The notes below the pieces were generated by a model, which was given only the letters and a program-made list of their open reading frames with translations, was not told the origin of the DNA and ran no database searches. This document shows, piece after piece, positions 59,789-64,000 of a stretch of 64,000 bases of DNA. The number at the start of each line of letters is the position of its first letter. Position 1 is the first letter of the stretch. Both the position numbers and the translations under genes were made by a program. Origin of the DNA: the human T2T-CHM13v2.0 reference genome, Homo sapiens; assembly GCF_009914755.1 (NCBI RefSeq), contig NC_060935.1; one strand, written 5' to 3'.

Positions 59789-60775
<987 letters not shown>

Positions 60776-60934
60776 TGACTCTACCTGTGGGTCCCTGGGG
60801 AAGGAGACATTGCAGGTGGCCCTGCAGCCAGGAGTTCTATGGGTTGGGACGGTTTAGATGGAGCCTGGCTGACTGGGGCCTTTATTGTGGATTCTGGAGC
60901 TCAGTAGAACCTAAAAGGTCATTGTCGTCATTAT

Positions 60935-61150
60935 CTTAATAGCTACCATCTTGTGCAATACATGATGGGCCAAGCAGTTTATATATATTTTTTCATTTAG
61001 TTCTTAATTCTCTGAGGTAGTAATTATTTATCCCCATTTTACAGATGAGGAAACTGAGTTTCAGAGAGTTTAAGTAGTATGCTCCAGGGTACCCAGTGAG
61101 TGAGTAACAAACTCAGTTGTGACCCCATGTCTCTGTGACTCCAGGATTCT
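60935..61150. mobile_element. MIR
   Basis: ttatccccattttacagatgaggaaactgagtttcagagagtttaagt. Confidence 0.75.
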
Positions 61151-61436
61151 GCTTGGAACCTCTTGGCTGTGTGGCTAATTCTTGCTTCTGAGCCAGGTGG
61201 CCTCCCCAGGTCTCAGCCCTGCTGAGGATTATGAAAAGCCATAAAACAAGGCATTTGAGGGGAAACAAAATATCTTCTTTTTGCCCTAACCCAAATTGAA
61301 AAGTAGATTAAGTTTTAAAAATAAAATAAATAGGACCATTCCTGTCTCTCACCTGTCTCTGGCCTCCAGCCACTGAAGCTTTTCCTTTTATTGTTTATTC
61401 TGGGGAGGCAAGAGGTGCTGGTGGGCAGGGTGGTGA

Positions 61437-61544
<108 letters not shown>

Positions 61545-62443
61545 TGAGCCTCCCTGGGGGCTGGTTGGGGTGGAACGTCATAGTCGAGCTGCTCACTGTG
61601 CCTCCCTGGGCAGGTGGACCTCTGAGGGGAGCAGACCTCCTGGTCTTACCCCAAGAAATCAGGCAGGCCTCTAGTCCACAGAGCTGTCCCCGCTTGCCTG
61701 GGTCTGAGGCGCCCCTCCATGACCAGGGGAAAGTCAAGTTCACACCGCCAAGGTCCCAGTGGGGAAGGGCTGGGCTTACCCTGCCAACCCCCTGAGGAAG
61801 CTGCCCTCTGGCCCCTGTGGGGAGGAGTCAGCCCCTGGTGGGACCCTGCCCCCGCCCCTCCCTCTAGCCCCTCCAGCCCCGGAGTCTGGCCTTTGTCTTT
61901 GCCCTTGAGCTCTTGTTTGCTTCCTGTGGCTCCCTTATTCCCCCAGTCCTGCTGAGCAACATCTGGAGTGAGAGGGACACCCTGTGGAGGAGACAGACGG
62001 GCAATTATTTAAACCTGTTATTAATTTTCCATTCATCTCATTCCTTGCCAAATGTTTTCCCCTCTCCCTCCCTTAGGCAGCTAACAGTGAGTACCCCCCA
62101 CTAACCCTTTGGCCAACTTGAGAGCTGATGCTGGCCAAGGATTGAGTTGACAGAGGGGAGCGCTTTGCTGATGAGATTGGCGGGAGCAGGCGGATGTGGG
62201 AGCCCAGAGCCTTGTATCAGTAGCACCCAGCAAGGGGGCAGAGGGCCTCCACCACTTTCCCGTTTGGGAACTGTTCTGGAGGGGCAGATGTTTTGAAGCT
62301 TTGAATTGCTAGGGACCTCGGAGAAGCTGCTCTGGTAGCTGAGAGAAAGAGGGAGGAGGTGACAGATGTGATGGCCTCTGTGCATCCTCTGTCACTTCCG
62401 CGCCTCCTCTCTCCCCTCGCCATGCTCTCCTCTTCCTTCCCAG

Positions 62444-62566
62444 TGAGCAGCTCCGGCTCCTACAGCACTCCCATTCGCAAGTCCCTGAGGCGGGCAGCAC
62501 CACCTTTCAGGGCATAATTGAGGCCAACCGGAGGTGGCTGGAACGTGTCAAGAATGACCCCAGGTT
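62444..62566 (+). CDS. CEP164: CEP164 exon 32
   Basis: cccag|T GAG CAG..AGG TT|gtatcctttt; 123 nt; [13 protein letters not shown](L). Confidence 0.94.
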
Positions 62567-62817
<251 letters not shown>

Positions 62818-63910
62818 GGCCCTGAGCAGGGGCTTGGGGCAGCCCAGCCTCTCCTCCACCCAGACCAAGTGCCTGAGGAGCTGCCTGCCTTCTTCCATCT
62901 GAGAAAGCACCCTCCTTCCCCCTTTGACTTGCAGGAGCCACCAGGGACCAGGGGGTTGAGTGGAACAGTAAAGCCACACATTCTGTGACTATATAACCTA
63001 TCTCAGGCTAAAATGTGTGGACTCGTACGAGCTCTTGTCATTGACATGGCAAGCTGATGGCGTGCGGTGGCTGCGGGGTATCAGGGCCGGGAGCCCTTTG
63101 GGAGGAAGGGAGGCGTTAGAGGAGCTGCCTTCGGAGGCTCAGGGAGTCCCTTTGGAGCTGGTTGTTTCCTTGGCCCTGCAGCGCACTGCTCGGGGCTCCC
63201 AAGGAGGTTGTGTGTATGGTTCTTAATTCATCAGGACAAAGACCCCCAGCATGTGTGTACCCTGGGACCCGATTTCTCTGGGCCCACATCTATCTCCAAT
63301 ACCTCAGCCTCAGATCAGACCCTTTCTTTTTTGTCTTTCTTCTCTTAATTTTTAAATGCCTCTTTTCTTGAGCATTCCATCTCTCTTTTTGACCCTCTCA
63401 GGACTGGGCTTAGCTGTCCAGAGCCCTGCCGGAGGGTGCTGGGGGCTGTCCCTCTGCAGGCACTGTGTTTTCCTCAGGGGCTGTCCTCAGAACACCCCTC
63501 CTGCTCCCTGGGGCTCCTCAGGGAGCCATTTCAGCTGGAGTCTCAGGTCTCAAAAACAACTTCTCCAGGAGGCCAAAAAAAGACTGGGTTGGCTTCTGGT
63601 CCTCATGATGGCTTTTATCCTCCTGGGACACTTTGGGTATATTCATGGGCATTGTTTCCATCTGTCTTTTCTACCTGTGCCACCCCTGCCCTGATTCCAC
63701 GGCTGCCTCAGGCAGGCAGGCAAGGAGCTAGGCCGGTGCCCGGCCCTGGCAGCAAGGGGTCTTTGTGCAGTTGGAGATGCTGCCGTTGTGGCAGAGCGTC
63801 CTGCAGCCCCGCTTCCATCAGCAGGCTCTGGGGTGGGGGCTTTGCAGGGGATGCTCTCTGATGTTTGTTCCGTTGTTTAAATAAAATGCACTTATTTTTG
63901 TTTTTTTTTT
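62818..63910 (+). other. CEP164: CEP164 3'UTR (3' end approximate)
   Basis: Repeat-free sequence between the stop codon and the polyA signal. Confidence 0.8.
63880..63885 (+). terminator. Polyadenylation signal AATAAA
   Basis: AATAAA followed by a T-rich stretch (63895-63911). Confidence 0.85.
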
Positions 63911-64000
63911 TGCAAGCTGTGGGGTTGCCCTTGCTTCTCTGACACACAAATTAACTCCTTCCGTCCTCCAACTCATTTCGTGGTCATGGAATAAGAAACT

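Overview
Human (primate) genomic DNA covering the 3' part of CEP164 (centriolar distal-appendage protein) on the + strand. I traced 29 coding exons by hand (exons 5-33 in the usual 33-exon numbering, recalled). All have GT/AG ends and compatible phases, and they run from the WW domain (..[23 protein letters not shown]..) to the stop codon (..RVKVYRF*, 62815-62817). A ~1.1-kb 3'UTR and an AATAAA (63880) follow. The most notable feature is a 1686-nt, repeat-free, stop-free, phase 0/0 candidate cassette exon (5581-7266) in intron 5. It is absent from the canonical 1460-aa protein as I recall it and would add 562 aa, giving ~2022 aa. The terminal intron (62567-62720) has a U12/minor-spliceosome signature. 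Introns are dense in mostly antisense Alus, L1, MIR/L2 and MER elements. Intron 27 holds a three-level nest (THE1 provirus > full-length L1PA7-like > Alu with a target deletion). An Alu at 22.5 kb carries a 35-bp templated insertion identical to sequence 2.46 kb downstream. Repeat boundaries and subfamilies were assigned by eye and are approximate.
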